Shown piece after piece: positions 10,261 to 20,194 of a stretch of DNA of 64,000 bases. Position numbers and translations under genes: made by a program. The notes beneath the pieces were generated by a model that saw nothing but the letters and a program-made list of their open reading frames with translations, did not search any database and had not been told where the DNA came from. Position 1 is the stretch's first letter; each line of letters opens with the position of its first letter. The DNA lies in contig QBYJ01000004.1 in the NCBI GenBank assembly GCA_003282885.1, positions 461 through 64,460 on the forward strand, read 5' to 3'. The stretch is from SAR116 cluster bacterium AG-325-F22. GTDB taxonomy: Bacteria; Pseudomonadota; Alphaproteobacteria; Puniceispirillales; Marisalimonadaceae.

Positions 10261-11150
10261 TTTTTAATTTTTACAAAAGTACTAAAAATAATAGCTCTTT
10301 TAAGGCAATAATAATCTATTTGCTGATATTTTTATGGGTTTTGGTGGCTGCTTTTCCTTTTATTTGGACTTTTTGGGGATCTTTCAAAGTTGAATTAGAT
10401 TTTTTTTCAATATCAAATTGGACTAATGCCATTACAGGAAAAAATACTAAACAAACTTATGGTTCTCCTTTCACTTTTATTGGGTATCATGGTGCATGGG
10501 TTCAAGAAGAATTTTGGAAAGCTTTTATAAACACCTCTTTAGTTTGTTTTTTCGTTGTTATTACTTCACTAACAATAGGTACTCTTGGCGCATACGCTCT
10601 TTCACGATCAAATTTTAAATATACATTTTGGCTCTTAATAATGGCACTTATTTTCAGAGCAATGCCTCCAATTACGCTTGTTGCTGGTTATCTTCCACCT
10701 TTTTTTGAATGGAATCTATGGGGCACTCTGCCAACAACAATCATAGTATTGGTTTCAATAAACCAACCATTTACTTTGTGGATGTTACATTCATTCTTTC
10801 AAAATATACCCAAGGAACTTGATGAGAGCGCTAAAGTCGATGGTTGTTCGCAATACCAAGCTTTTGGACATGTAATTGTACCTGTTATGTGGCCAGGAAT
10901 AATTACTACTGGATTATTTAGCTTTTTATTAGCTTATAATGATTTTGCAGTTACTTCTATGCTTTTATCTGATGAAAATAGAACAATGATACCAAAGATA
11001 GCTGCTTTCTTAGGTACAACTTATACTGAAGGAAATGTTATGTTTGCAGTTGCAGCGGTCGTTTCTGCTACTGTACCACTTTTCATATTAATAATGTTTT
11101 TTCAAACTAAATTAGTGAGTGGTTTAACTCAAGGTGCCGTGAAGGGTTAG
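10257..11150 (+). CDS. Carbohydrate ABC permease (MalG-like)
   Basis: 'IPKELDESAKVDGCS'; C-terminal 'GLTQGAVKG'. Confidence 0.9.
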   Translation: MIFNFYKSTKNNSSFKAIIIYLLIFLWVLVAAFPFIWTFWGSFKVELDFFSISNWTNAITGKNTKQTYGSPFTFIGYHGAWVQEEFWKAFINTSLVCFFVVITSLTIGTLGAYALSRSNFKYTFWLLIMALIFRAMPPITLVAGYLPPFFEWNLWGTLPTTIIVLVSINQPFTLWMLHSFFQNIPKELDESAKVDGCSQYQAFGHVIVPVMWPGIITTGLFSFLLAYNDFAVTSMLLSDENRTMIPKIAAFLGTTYTEGNVMFAVAAVVSATVPLFILIMFFQTKLVSGLTQGAVKG

Positions 11151-11165
11151 GAGTGTTAATTAAAA

Positions 11166-12629
11166 ATGAAAGATAAAATAATAGAGCAATCAACTCTCAC
11201 TTCTTCTAATGATTTATCTAAAACAAAAATTACTAGAGAAATTATTGAGAAAATGGTTGTCGCACTTAATGACCATAGAATAGATGATATTGGAGAGTTT
11301 TTCTCTAATGATTTAAAATGGTTTGGGAATTATGGTTGTGGAACAAAATTAGGTTTTAAAGAATTTCAAGAAAATTGGCAAGTGCCATTTCAAAAAGCTT
11401 TTTCAGAAAAAGTTTGTGTAGACGAGGCAAGACTGTTTGAAGGAGAGTGGGGGGCTGCCTTTGGAAGGCAAGAAGCATTGCATAGCGGAATATTTATGGG
11501 TATTAGCCCGACAAATAAAAAAGTTAACATAAGGTATATGGATTTTTGGCAAACCAAAGATAATAAAATTATTAACAATTGGGTGATGGTAGATTTTCCA
11601 GACGTGTTAAGACAATTAGGAGTTGATATTTTTAAAGGAGAAGGTTGGGAAAAATTTGATAGTCAAAAAAATCTAATTAATGAATATTCACTTGATCACG
11701 ATGAAATTGAAGATTTTATATACAGAATTACTGAAGAAATTTGGGAAAATAAAAAAGTTGAAAATATCAGAAACTATTACTCTTCAGATGTAATTGTAAG
11801 ATCACCAAGTATTACAACATACGATTGTGACACTGTAGTTAAAGCAACATACAAAACACTTGAGCAATTCCCAGATAGACAGTTAATTGGTGAGGATGTC
11901 ATTTCGTTTGGATCTATAAAAAGTAAATATCTTAGTTCTCATAGGATCCTATCTACAGGAACTCACCTAGGTGATGGATTTTATGGCAAAGCTACGGGTA
12001 AAAAAGTCATGTATAGAGTTATAGCTGATTGTTTGATTGTCAATAATAAGATTGTAGAAGAATGGATAATTAGAGACGAAGCAAGTATTTTAAATCAATT
12101 AGGCTTCAAAGTTAGTGATTTTGTTGAACAACGAATTAGCGATGGAACGTTTAAAAAAAATGATATTGAGTTTACAAAAAATTCATTTATCAAAAAAAAC
12201 ATGATGAGTAATTGTGAAAATACATATGCAAAAAAATATAAAGAAGCACTTACAAATATAATTGAAGGTCAATCTTTTTTTGAGAAAAAAGCGTATGAGC
12301 GTTCAGCTCAATTATATTGGTTTGGTGGTGAGTTAACTAATACTATCGAAAAAATATATGAAAAATGGAACTTATTTCTTTCATGTTTTAAAATCTTAAA
12401 ATGTGAAGTTTCAAATAGTATAGCTTTAGATCAAAATAATATGAGGCCAAGGGCTGCATTAAGATGGAGGTTGATTTGCTTGCATAACTCTAATGGTTTT
12501 TTTGGCTTACCAACTAACAAAGAAATTGAAATTTATGGCATTTCTCATGCTGAGTTTGGTAAGCAGGGAATTATTAGAGAATTTATTTTAATCGACGAAA
12601 TTTCAATTTGGAAACAAATATTGCTTTAA
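11166..12629 (+). CDS. SnoaL-like/ester cyclase protein with about three NTF2-like domains
   Basis: Repeated 'H.G.F.G..(P/A)T.K.V...(D/H)....K I..(N/E)W...D' units: HSGIFMGISPTNKKV, HLGDGFYGKATGKKV, HNSNGFFGLPTNKEI. Confidence 0.8.
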   Translation: MKDKIIEQSTLTSSNDLSKTKITREIIEKMVVALNDHRIDDIGEFFSNDLKWFGNYGCGTKLGFKEFQENWQVPFQKAFSEKVCVDEARLFEGEWGAAFGRQEALHSGIFMGISPTNKKVNIRYMDFWQTKDNKIINNWVMVDFPDVLRQLGVDIFKGEGWEKFDSQKNLINEYSLDHDEIEDFIYRITEEIWENKKVENIRNYYSSDVIVRSPSITTYDCDTVVKATYKTLEQFPDRQLIGEDVISFGSIKSKYLSSHRILSTGTHLGDGFYGKATGKKVMYRVIADCLIVNNKIVEEWIIRDEASILNQLGFKVSDFVEQRISDGTFKKNDIEFTKNSFIKKNMMSNCENTYAKKYKEALTNIIEGQSFFEKKAYERSAQLYWFGGELTNTIEKIYEKWNLFLSCFKILKCEVSNSIALDQNNMRPRAALRWRLICLHNSNGFFGLPTNKEIEIYGISHAEFGKQGIIREFILIDEISIWKQILL

Positions 12630-12645
12630 CATTGATAGGAAGATT

Positions 12646-13611
12646 ATGAATGAATTAAATATAAAGAGTAGATTAGTTAGATATGGCGAATTAATTCCAT
12701 GTAAAACTGCGTTTATAGATACCCATACACCTGGTTCAAATCAAAAAGAAAATTTTACGATCATTGGCTCTGGTGTTTCAGAAAATCCAGAACAACATGT
12801 CCATATTAATATACCTCATGGCTTCAATATTGGGGCAGCAGGACAATCACCAAAATGTAATAATTCTCTTCACAGTCATCGTACAGCTGAAGTTTTTTTT
12901 GTTTTATCAGGTAGATGGAGGTTCTTCTGGGGACGTCATGGAAATGCAGGAGAGGTAACTCTTGAAAAAGGTGATATCTTTAATATTCCAACAGGTATTT
13001 TTAGAGGCTTTGAAAATATTGGTGATAATTATGGAATGTTAATGGCTATATTAGGAGGAGATGATGCTGGAGGCGGAGTGATTTGGGCACCTGAAGTACT
13101 TTTAGAAGCCCAAAAGCATGGTTTAGTATTATCTGAAAAAGGAAAAATTTATAATACACTTAAAGGTCAAAAAATACCATATAATGAGAATAGTATGGAG
13201 ATTTTGACAGAAGAAGAGTTAAAAGAATTTCCAGAATATACAACTGGTGAAGTTGTTCCTTATTATGTTGCAAGATATTTAGATTTGCATTCTTTATCAT
13301 ACGATAAGCCGTGTAATGTTATAGGTGAAAATGGTAAAATTTTCGATAAACCAGGTTTTGATGTTGAATTTATTTCAGAAAGGTCATTTAAAAAAGATAA
13401 TGGCATTTATAACAAAGACATTGTTCTTATTCCTGTTGAAGGATATTGGAGAATTAAATCTAAAATTTGTGATTTGATCCTAAATCCTGGTGATACATTC
13501 TCGCTTCCTAAAAATAATAAATATTCATTAGAACCAACCAAACCTGGCATGGCCACAATTTATAAAGTAATTCCAACAGATGATATGCCTGGCTCTACAC
13601 ATAGGAAATAA
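12646..13611 (+). CDS. Cupin-domain protein
   Basis: 'LHSHRTAEVFFVLSGRW' and 'GDIFNIPTG..RGFEN' cupin motifs; degenerate second cupin at the C-terminus. Confidence 0.85.
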   Translation: MNELNIKSRLVRYGELIPCKTAFIDTHTPGSNQKENFTIIGSGVSENPEQHVHINIPHGFNIGAAGQSPKCNNSLHSHRTAEVFFVLSGRWRFFWGRHGNAGEVTLEKGDIFNIPTGIFRGFENIGDNYGMLMAILGGDDAGGGVIWAPEVLLEAQKHGLVLSEKGKIYNTLKGQKIPYNENSMEILTEEELKEFPEYTTGEVVPYYVARYLDLHSLSYDKPCNVIGENGKIFDKPGFDVEFISERSFKKDNGIYNKDIVLIPVEGYWRIKSKICDLILNPGDTFSLPKNNKYSLEPTKPGMATIYKVIPTDDMPGSTHRK

Positions 13612-13615
13612 TAAG

Positions 13616-14737
13616 ATGACAATTTTAACAACACATGTAGGTTCACTTCCAAGGCCAAAAGTGGTTTCTGATTTACTTTTTAAAAGAGAAAAAGATGAGA
13701 AATACAATCTTCAACATTTTGAAGATGTGATATCAACTTGCGTTGAAGAAGTTGTGAAAAAACAATTAGAAGTTGGCGTTGATATAATTTCAGATGGAGA
13801 AATGTCTAAAATATCCTATGCAACTTATGTAAAAGATAGGTACAATGGTTTTGCTGGGGATAGTGAAAGAAATCCACCACAAGACTTAGAAAAATTTCCA
13901 AACTATATGAAAAAAATTGCAGATAGTGGAGGCACACCGACTTATTCACGACCTTGCTGCGTAGCTGAAATTTCTTCAAAAAAGAACAATGATTTAAGTA
14001 ATGATATTAAAAATCTTTTAATGGCATCAAAAAAGTTTAATCATAATAAAATCTTTATGAATGCAGCTTCCCCTGGAGTGATATCTCTGTTTCTAAGCAA
14101 TTCATATTATTCAAATAGAAATGAATATTTAGATGCAATTGCATCAGCTATGCAAGATGAATATGAGACAATTGTCAATTCTGGAATTAAATTGCAGTTA
14201 GATTGCCCAGATTTAGCTTTATCTAGACATATGACTTTTAAAAGTAAGAGTGATAAAGATTTTGTAAAAATTGCTTATGAAAATATGGAAATACTCAATC
14301 AAAGCCTTGAAAATATTCCATCAGAAATGTTGAGACTTCATGTTTGTTGGGGAAATTATGAGGGTCCACACATACACGATATATCTATTGAACAGATTTT
14401 TGACGTCTTGATGTCATTTAAGGGTAATTATTTACTTTTCGAGTCATCAAATCCTAGACATCAACATGAATGGGAAATTTTTGAAAAATTAAAAAACAAA
14501 ATACCTGAAAACAAAATACTCATCCCTGGAGTTCTTGATACTACTAGTAATTTTGTTGAACATAGTTCTTTAGTAAGACAAAGGATTGAGAAGTTTGTCA
14601 ATATTGTTGGAAAAGCTAGAGTGATAGCAGGTACAGATTGTGGGTTTGGAACGTTTGCAGGTTTTGGTAATGTGGATCCAGATATTGCTTATTTAAAACT
14701 ACAATCCTTAGTTGAAGGTGCAAGTAAAGTTAAATGA
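13616..14737 (+). CDS. Cobalamin-independent methionine synthase II (MetE C-terminal-like) Zn enzyme
   Basis: 'TTHVGSLPRP', 'SDGEM', Zn ligands HVC, FE and DCGFGT; single barrel with no folate-binding N-terminal half. Confidence 0.88.
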   Translation: MTILTTHVGSLPRPKVVSDLLFKREKDEKYNLQHFEDVISTCVEEVVKKQLEVGVDIISDGEMSKISYATYVKDRYNGFAGDSERNPPQDLEKFPNYMKKIADSGGTPTYSRPCCVAEISSKKNNDLSNDIKNLLMASKKFNHNKIFMNAASPGVISLFLSNSYYSNRNEYLDAIASAMQDEYETIVNSGIKLQLDCPDLALSRHMTFKSKSDKDFVKIAYENMEILNQSLENIPSEMLRLHVCWGNYEGPHIHDISIEQIFDVLMSFKGNYLLFESSNPRHQHEWEIFEKLKNKIPENKILIPGVLDTTSNFVEHSSLVRQRIEKFVNIVGKARVIAGTDCGFGTFAGFGNVDPDIAYLKLQSLVEGASKVK

Positions 14738-14748
14738 GTTATTAATAA

Positions 14749-15741
14749 TTGAATTTTCAATCAGAAAAACAGGTGGTCCTCAATTTTTATAATGCACTTG
14801 AAGCTAGTAAAATTGACGAAATTCCAAAAGTCTTATCCAAATATTGTTCAGAAGATATATTATGGCGTGGTTTTCATCCTTTTAATGAAATAAGAGGAAT
14901 AGAAAAATTATACTCTCAATTCTGGCAACCATTTAAAAAAAGCTTTTTTAATTATCAAAGACGGATGGACATCTTTTTAGCTGGATATAATACAATATCT
15001 GGCAATGAGGGTGTTTGGGTTGTCTCAATGGGACATTTAATGGGTTTGTTTGATAATACTTGGATTGGTATAAAAGAGACAAAAAAAATTGCTATGTTAC
15101 GTTACTGTGAATTTAATAAAATACAAAATGGTAAAATTTCTGAAGTAGCAATGTTCTTTGATATACCTCATCTAATGCTTCAAGCAGGAATAAAAGCTTT
15201 CCCGAGCGAAACTGGTATTAGTTTGGTTCAACCGGGCCCCTTAACACATGACGGTTTAATGTTTAATGAACAAGATCCTAATGAAGGAAATAGAACATTA
15301 GAAATTATTGAAAATATGATTAATGACGTGAAAGTTTGGAAAAGTACGACTGGAATTTCATTAATTGAAGAGCTAAAAAAAAGTTGGAACGATAATATGA
15401 TTTGGTGGGGACCAACAGGAATTGGTTCAACTTACACAATAAATAGATATGCAGACCAACATGCCAGCCCTTTTAGGCAAGTTTTTAAAGAAAGAAAATT
15501 TAATGGACATCTTTGCCGTATTACAGAGGGTAATTTTGGTGGTTTCTTTGGTTGGCCAAATTTGACATTAACTCCAAGTAAAATATTTATGGGTATCACA
15601 ACTACTCCAAAATCCTCTGAGATGAGAGTAATAGACATGTATAGAAGAGATGGTAATAAATTATCAGAAAATTGGGTGTTCATTGATTTATTATATTTCT
15701 GGAAAATTTTAGGTGTGGATATAATTAAGGTTATAAAATAA
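14749..15741 (+). CDS. SnoaL-like/ester cyclase protein with two domains
   Basis: 'RYCEFNKIQNGKISE..MFFDIP' and 'RVIDMYRRDGNKLSENWVFID' repeats; TTG start. Confidence 0.78.
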   Translation: MNFQSEKQVVLNFYNALEASKIDEIPKVLSKYCSEDILWRGFHPFNEIRGIEKLYSQFWQPFKKSFFNYQRRMDIFLAGYNTISGNEGVWVVSMGHLMGLFDNTWIGIKETKKIAMLRYCEFNKIQNGKISEVAMFFDIPHLMLQAGIKAFPSETGISLVQPGPLTHDGLMFNEQDPNEGNRTLEIIENMINDVKVWKSTTGISLIEELKKSWNDNMIWWGPTGIGSTYTINRYADQHASPFRQVFKERKFNGHLCRITEGNFGGFFGWPNLTLTPSKIFMGITTTPKSSEMRVIDMYRRDGNKLSENWVFIDLLYFWKILGVDIIKVIK

Positions 15742-15770
15742 ATTCGTTAATTTTTTCAATTTTCTAAGTT

Positions 15771-16589
15771 TCAAAAGATTGGTATAAATGTATTTATATT
15801 CTCATTAAATCCCTTAACGTTTATTTCATCATATTTTTCACAATTAATCTCATTTACTATAAGGGATTTAGTTTTTTCTGAGATTAAAATTTTTCCTGCA
15901 GGAGAATTACTCTCTAATCTTGAAGCAAGATTTACGGTACCGCCTATAACAGTGTAATCTAAGCGTTTTTCACTTCCAAAATTGCCTACCGTACACTCTC
16001 CTGAATGAATTCCAACTCTTATTTTGAGTGGATTTAAGAGGCTGAAATCATTCATAAAACTGTTTGATAAATTTTTCATAGTATTTTGCATTTCTATTGC
16101 CATTTTAACGCAATTTAATGCATCTTGATCTTTGCCTAAAGTTTCTGGGTCACCAAAAAAAATCATGACAGAATCACCGATATATTTATCAATTGTACCG
16201 CCATATTTTAATGCTATTTCTGACATTTTAGTAAGGTATAAATTAAGCATTTCAGTAAGTGGAGCAGAGCCCATTTTATCAGAAATTGATGTGAAAGAAA
16301 CTATGTCAGAAAAGAAAACAGTTAGGAATTTCTTTTCACTCTCTATTATAACTTTTTTCCCACCTGAAAAAATAGAAGCGAATAATTGAGGCGAAAGATA
16401 TTTTGAAAGTTGGCTGGCAATTTCCTCAATTTCTTTACTTTTTTCTTTTGCAATTTCTTCTGCATATCTAGCAATTTGTTTTTGCTTATCAATTTCAGAT
16501 GCTAAATTGCGACGTAATTTTGACTCAAGTTGTAGTTTTGCAACTTGCATTTTTAGTGCTCTAATTTCACTACTCTGATCGTCGGTCAT
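15771..16589 (-). CDS. Class III adenylate cyclase with N-terminal coiled coil and no sensor domain
   Basis: FSDIVSFT, DKYIGDSVM (Lys indicates ATP specificity), RVGIHSG, YTVIGGTVNLASRLE. Confidence 0.9.
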   Translation of the reverse strand: MTDDQSSEIRALKMQVAKLQLESKLRRNLASEIDKQKQIARYAEEIAKEKSKEIEEIASQLSKYLSPQLFASIFSGGKKVIIESEKKFLTVFFSDIVSFTSISDKMGSAPLTEMLNLYLTKMSEIALKYGGTIDKYIGDSVMIFFGDPETLGKDQDALNCVKMAIEMQNTMKNLSNSFMNDFSLLNPLKIRVGIHSGECTVGNFGSEKRLDYTVIGGTVNLASRLESNSPAGKILISEKTKSLIVNEINCEKYDEINVKGFNENINTFIPIF

Positions 16590-16634
16590 TCATTTAATAA
16601 ACATTTAATTAAGGTAATATAATAGTCGTTTCAA

Positions 16635-16958
16635 TTAAGTATCAAAAGGATCAACTAGTTTTTCATTTGTAATTTTATCTGATGAAACATATCTTTGCAT
16701 TTCATTTGGCATAGTTACAATTATATCATTGAAACCTGTTTGTTCTAAAACATCTATTATAGACTGTTCATCCTCTGCATACCAATGACAGAAAAAAAAG
16801 TCATCTTTACCCATCCAATGTTGAAGGGTTTCTGCCTTTTCACTTTTTAATCCAGCAAAGAATTCTTTATCAGTCATTTCCCCTTGTTGTTTAATTATAT
16901 CCTTTACAGTATCTGGATTTGACCAAGTATGTGTACACATATAATGTTTTTTTCCCAT
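16635..16958 (-). CDS. Small DUF4242/SCO4226-like dimeric alpha/beta-barrel protein
   Basis: 'HYMCTH', 'QHW', 'FFCHWYAEDEQSI' resemble the DUF4242 pattern (W...FCL.EA....I); GGAG RBS. Confidence 0.55.
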   Translation of the reverse strand: MGKKHYMCTHTWSNPDTVKDIIKQQGEMTDKEFFAGLKSEKAETLQHWMGKDDFFFCHWYAEDEQSIIDVLEQTGFNDIIVTMPNEMQRYVSSDKITNEKLVDPFDT

Positions 16959-17040
16959 TAATTAACTCCAGTTATTAATAATTCTAAGGTTATAAAAAAA
17001 AAATAATTCAATCAATATTAATTGAAAAAATAATTATTAA

Positions 17041-17301
17041 TTAACTTTTTATTACAGATCCTTCTTGAATAGAAACTTTTGCCATAGCCTGTTCACTTAG
17101 ACCTTGCATTGCTTTCATAGTTTCAATTTTTTTCCCAGCTACAGTTATATTTTCAAAGATTTCTACAATAAATCCATTGTTATCACCCGTCTTAAATAAC
17201 ATTCTTTTATATTTATCTTCCTCAACATTGGAACCAATGGCCTGTACGACTGCCCATAATGATGGAGCTAAAAGAGTAAAATTAATGTTGCGACCATACA
17301 T
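17041..17301 (-). CDS. Small hypothetical protein (ABM/ferredoxin-like fold suspected)
   Basis: 86-aa ORF starting 2 nt after the upstream stop; alternating beta/alpha pattern ending 'EGSVI'. Confidence 0.55.
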   Translation of the reverse strand: MYGRNINFTLLAPSLWAVVQAIGSNVEEDKYKRMLFKTGDNNGFIVEIFENITVAGKKIETMKAMQGLSEQAMAKVSIQEGSVIKS

Positions 17302-17303
17302 AA

Positions 17304-17651
17304 TTAATTCTCAGCTGCTTGCTTGGCAGAAACATAATTAGCCATATTCTTAGAAGCAATCTCATAAACCTCTTTCCATTCGGATGACTCAAAAGCTCTA
17401 AACCAGTTAATCATTGAAAAACTTCCACTAGCATAAATTAGGTTACACGCTGAAGCTATATCCTTGTCACTTTCACCCTCGATTACACACATAAAATCAA
17501 AGTCAGGTGAATTCAAGTATAAAAATTCACAAAATTTGGTATTAAAACTCTTAACTAATGGTTCAACCATTTCTCTTCTATTTTGAGGTTTATTTAGCAT
17601 TGAAGCTGCAGTTTCTTGTGAAGTTTTTCCAATTATTATGTATTTTTTCAT
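17304..17651 (-). CDS. GYD-domain-like protein
   Basis: 'KYIIIG..S......ML.KP.NR...V..L', 'DFDFMCVIE', 'ASGSF' pattern of the GYD family. Confidence 0.7.
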   Translation of the reverse strand: MKKYIIIGKTSQETAASMLNKPQNRREMVEPLVKSFNTKFCEFLYLNSPDFDFMCVIEGESDKDIASACNLIYASGSFSMINWFRAFESSEWKEVYEIASKNMANYVSAKQAAEN

Positions 17652-17811
17652 TTTATGAAGTAACCTTTGCTTTGTTAATTATTTGTTGATTAAATATAAT
17701 AGTTATGATGTTAACAAATTTTATGAAAAATCCCAATTTTTATGTTTACAATTTTACAGTTTGAAATCACTATCTAATTATAATTTAAACTTAAGGGGGA
17801 GGAAAGTATTT

Positions 17812-19302
17812 ATGACTTTTAAATACAAAGAAAAATATGGGAATTATATAAATGGAAAATTTGTAGATCCTGTAGACGGTAAGTTTTTTGATAATATAAC
17901 ACCAATAAATGGAAAGGTTTTGTGTCAGATTGCTAGATCAAATGAAAAAGATATAAATTCAGCTTTGGATGCAGCTCATGCAGCAAAAGATGCTTGGGGT
18001 ACGACAAGTGTTACTGAAAGAAGTAACATAATGATCCAAATAGCTCAAATTATTGAAGATAATCTTGCAATGCTAGCTGAGGCTGAAACTTGGGACAATG
18101 GAAAAGGCATAAGAGAAACTACAGCTGCTGATTTGCCACTAGGCGTTGATCACTTTAGATATTTTGCAAGTGTTATAAGAGCTCAAGAGGGAACACTAGC
18201 GGAATTGAATAATGATACAGTTTCTTATCTAATACCTGAACCTTTAGGTGTAGTTGGACAAATAATCCCCTGGAATTTTCCATTGTTAATGGCTATTTGG
18301 AAATTAGCACCGGCTTTAGCAACCGGAAATTGTGTTGTATTAAAGCCTGCTGAACAAACACCTGCGTCAATAATGGTCTTAATGGAGCTAATTGGTCATT
18401 TAATACCACCAGGTGTTGTAAATATTGTGAATGGTTATGGATTAGAGGCTGGAAAACCGTTAGCCTCAAGTACAAGAATAGCTAAAATAGCATTTACTGG
18501 TGAAACTACTACAGGAAGAATGATATTGCAGTATGCAAGTCAAAACTTAATTCCTAGTACTTTAGAACTAGGTGGGAAGTCTCCAAATATTTTCTTTAAA
18601 GATATTGCAGAAGCAGATGACGATTTCTTTGACAAGTGTATTGAAGGTTTTGTTATGTTTGCTCTTAACCAAGGTGAAGTTTGCACATGTCCAAGTAGAG
18701 CATTAATACATGAAGATATTTATGATAAATTTATTGAAAGGTGTATTGAAAGAACAAAAGCAATAACTCAGGGTGATCCTTTAGATCCAAATACTATGAT
18801 AGGTGCAATGGCATCTGCTGAGCAGTACGAAAAAGTTAAGTCATACTTAGATCTTGGTAAAAAAGAAGGTGCTGAAGTTCTTGTGGGTGGAGATGTTGCT
18901 CAAATGAGTGGGGATTTTGCAAATGGATACTACATTCAACCGACAATATTCAAAGGACATAATAAAATGAGAATCTTCCAAGAAGAGATTTTTGGACCAG
19001 TTGTCTCTGTATGTACCTTTAAAACAGACGATGAAGCCCTAGAGATAGCTAACGATACTCTTTATGGTCTTGGAGCTGGAATATGGACAAGAGACCTTAA
19101 TACTTCTTATAGATTTGGACGTGCTATAAAGGCTGGAAGAGTTTGGACAAATTGCTATCATGATTACCCGGCTCATGCAGCTTTTGGTGGTTATAAGCAA
19201 TCCGGCATAGGTCGTGAAAATCATCTGATGATGTTAAACCATTATCAACAAACAAAAAATTTACTAGTTAGTTATAGTCCTAAAAAGTTAGGTTTCTTTT
19301 AA
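17812..19302 (+). CDS. aldB: Aldehyde dehydrogenase (AldB/acetaldehyde dehydrogenase type)
   Basis: [62 protein letters not shown] precedes the ATG at 17812. Confidence 0.92.
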   Translation: MTFKYKEKYGNYINGKFVDPVDGKFFDNITPINGKVLCQIARSNEKDINSALDAAHAAKDAWGTTSVTERSNIMIQIAQIIEDNLAMLAEAETWDNGKGIRETTAADLPLGVDHFRYFASVIRAQEGTLAELNNDTVSYLIPEPLGVVGQIIPWNFPLLMAIWKLAPALATGNCVVLKPAEQTPASIMVLMELIGHLIPPGVVNIVNGYGLEAGKPLASSTRIAKIAFTGETTTGRMILQYASQNLIPSTLELGGKSPNIFFKDIAEADDDFFDKCIEGFVMFALNQGEVCTCPSRALIHEDIYDKFIERCIERTKAITQGDPLDPNTMIGAMASAEQYEKVKSYLDLGKKEGAEVLVGGDVAQMSGDFANGYYIQPTIFKGHNKMRIFQEEIFGPVVSVCTFKTDDEALEIANDTLYGLGAGIWTRDLNTSYRFGRAIKAGRVWTNCYHDYPAHAAFGGYKQSGIGRENHLMMLNHYQQTKNLLVSYSPKKLGFF

Positions 19303-19310
19303 ATTAATAT

Positions 19311-19336
19311 AAAGGGCGCATATTGCGCCCTTTTCT
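19311..19336 (+). terminator. Rho-independent terminator-like hairpin
   Basis: AAAGGGCGCA-TAT-TGCGCCCTTT followed by T's. Confidence 0.75.
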
Positions 19337-19353
19337 TAATAGGAGTATTTAAA

Positions 19354-19686
19354 ATGTTAAACCAGGTTGAAGCAACTCAAGAAGCTTTAGATTTGATAGA
19401 AGAAATTAAAAAAGACTATGGTGAGGTGTTATTTCATCAATCTGGTGGATGCTGTGACGGATCCGCACCTATGTGCTTTCAAAAAGGTGATTTTTTAATT
19501 GCAGATCATGATGTGCAAATGGGAGAGATTGGTGGTGTTCCTTTCTATATAGGTGGACTTCAATTTGAGGCTTGGAAGCACACAAGATTAATTATAGACG
19601 TTGTTGATGGACAAGGCGGAATGTTCTCCCTTGATAATGGAAGAGGAAAAAGGTTCATCACTAGATCTGAAATATGTGCAGTTTAA
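19354..19686 (+). CDS. DUF779 family protein
   Basis: 'FHQSGGCCDGSAPMC' and 'GGMFSL' signature; usual neighbour of aldB. Confidence 0.9.
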   Translation: MLNQVEATQEALDLIEEIKKDYGEVLFHQSGGCCDGSAPMCFQKGDFLIADHDVQMGEIGGVPFYIGGLQFEAWKHTRLIIDVVDGQGGMFSLDNGRGKRFITRSEICAV

Positions 19687-19714
19687 AAGATTAAACTCTA
19701 TTCTCTTGATATTT

Positions 19715-20077
19715 TTAGTATACGAAAGTTCTATCTGCTTCTAGTGATAAATTTAATAACGTCTTTGGGAAAACTTTTCTTGCGTTAGCGTCCTTGAGAT
19801 CTTGTGTTGTTACGCCTCTTATGTCACAAGATATTGCTGAAACGTAAATTGGAACTCTGGCTTTCTTTAATACATTAAAATGTTCTTTTAAAACACCTGT
19901 TCCTAAACCCACTAAATTATCTAAAACTGGCGGTCTTATCAAACTAACAGCGTCAGCGTTTAAGAAAACTATTACTTCATGCCCTTCTTCGACCGCAGTT
20001 CTTGCTAACATGAAACCTAATGATGCTTTTGTTTGGTTATTTGTCCCATTAGTTATGTTAAATAAAATTTTAGCCAT
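19715..20077 (-). CDS. DsrE/DsrF-like protein
   Basis: 'A...GHEV.VFL..DAV' and 'SC..RG' motifs; probable start MAKILF. Confidence 0.78.
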   Translation of the reverse strand: MAKILFNITNGTNNQTKASLGFMLARTAVEEGHEVIVFLNADAVSLIRPPVLDNLVGLGTGVLKEHFNVLKKARVPIYVSAISCDIRGVTTQDLKDANARKVFPKTLLNLSLEADRTFVY

Positions 20078-20194
20078 AAGAATACTAATTATAATAATTG
20101 AACTCACATATATAGATAGATAGTAAATTCATATAAATATACCTATTTATGGAAAAGTTAAATTGTTGATTAAAATTTAAACATATTATTAGAT

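Noticed and set aside
11166-15741. Polyketide/secondary-metabolite biosynthetic cluster
   Set aside because: No PKS, NRPS or ACP genes; linkage to an importer points to catabolism.
17682-17700. FNR/CRP-like site (TTGAT...) between the cyclase block and aldB
   Set aside because: The second half-site ATCAA is absent at the required spacing.
17683-17811. 43-aa N-terminal extension of the aldehyde dehydrogenase
   Set aside because: A strong GGAGG RBS precedes the ATG at 17812; the extension is AT-rich promoter DNA. Similar over-extended starts were trimmed at 4399, 13580, 32614, 36737, 43144 and 46190.
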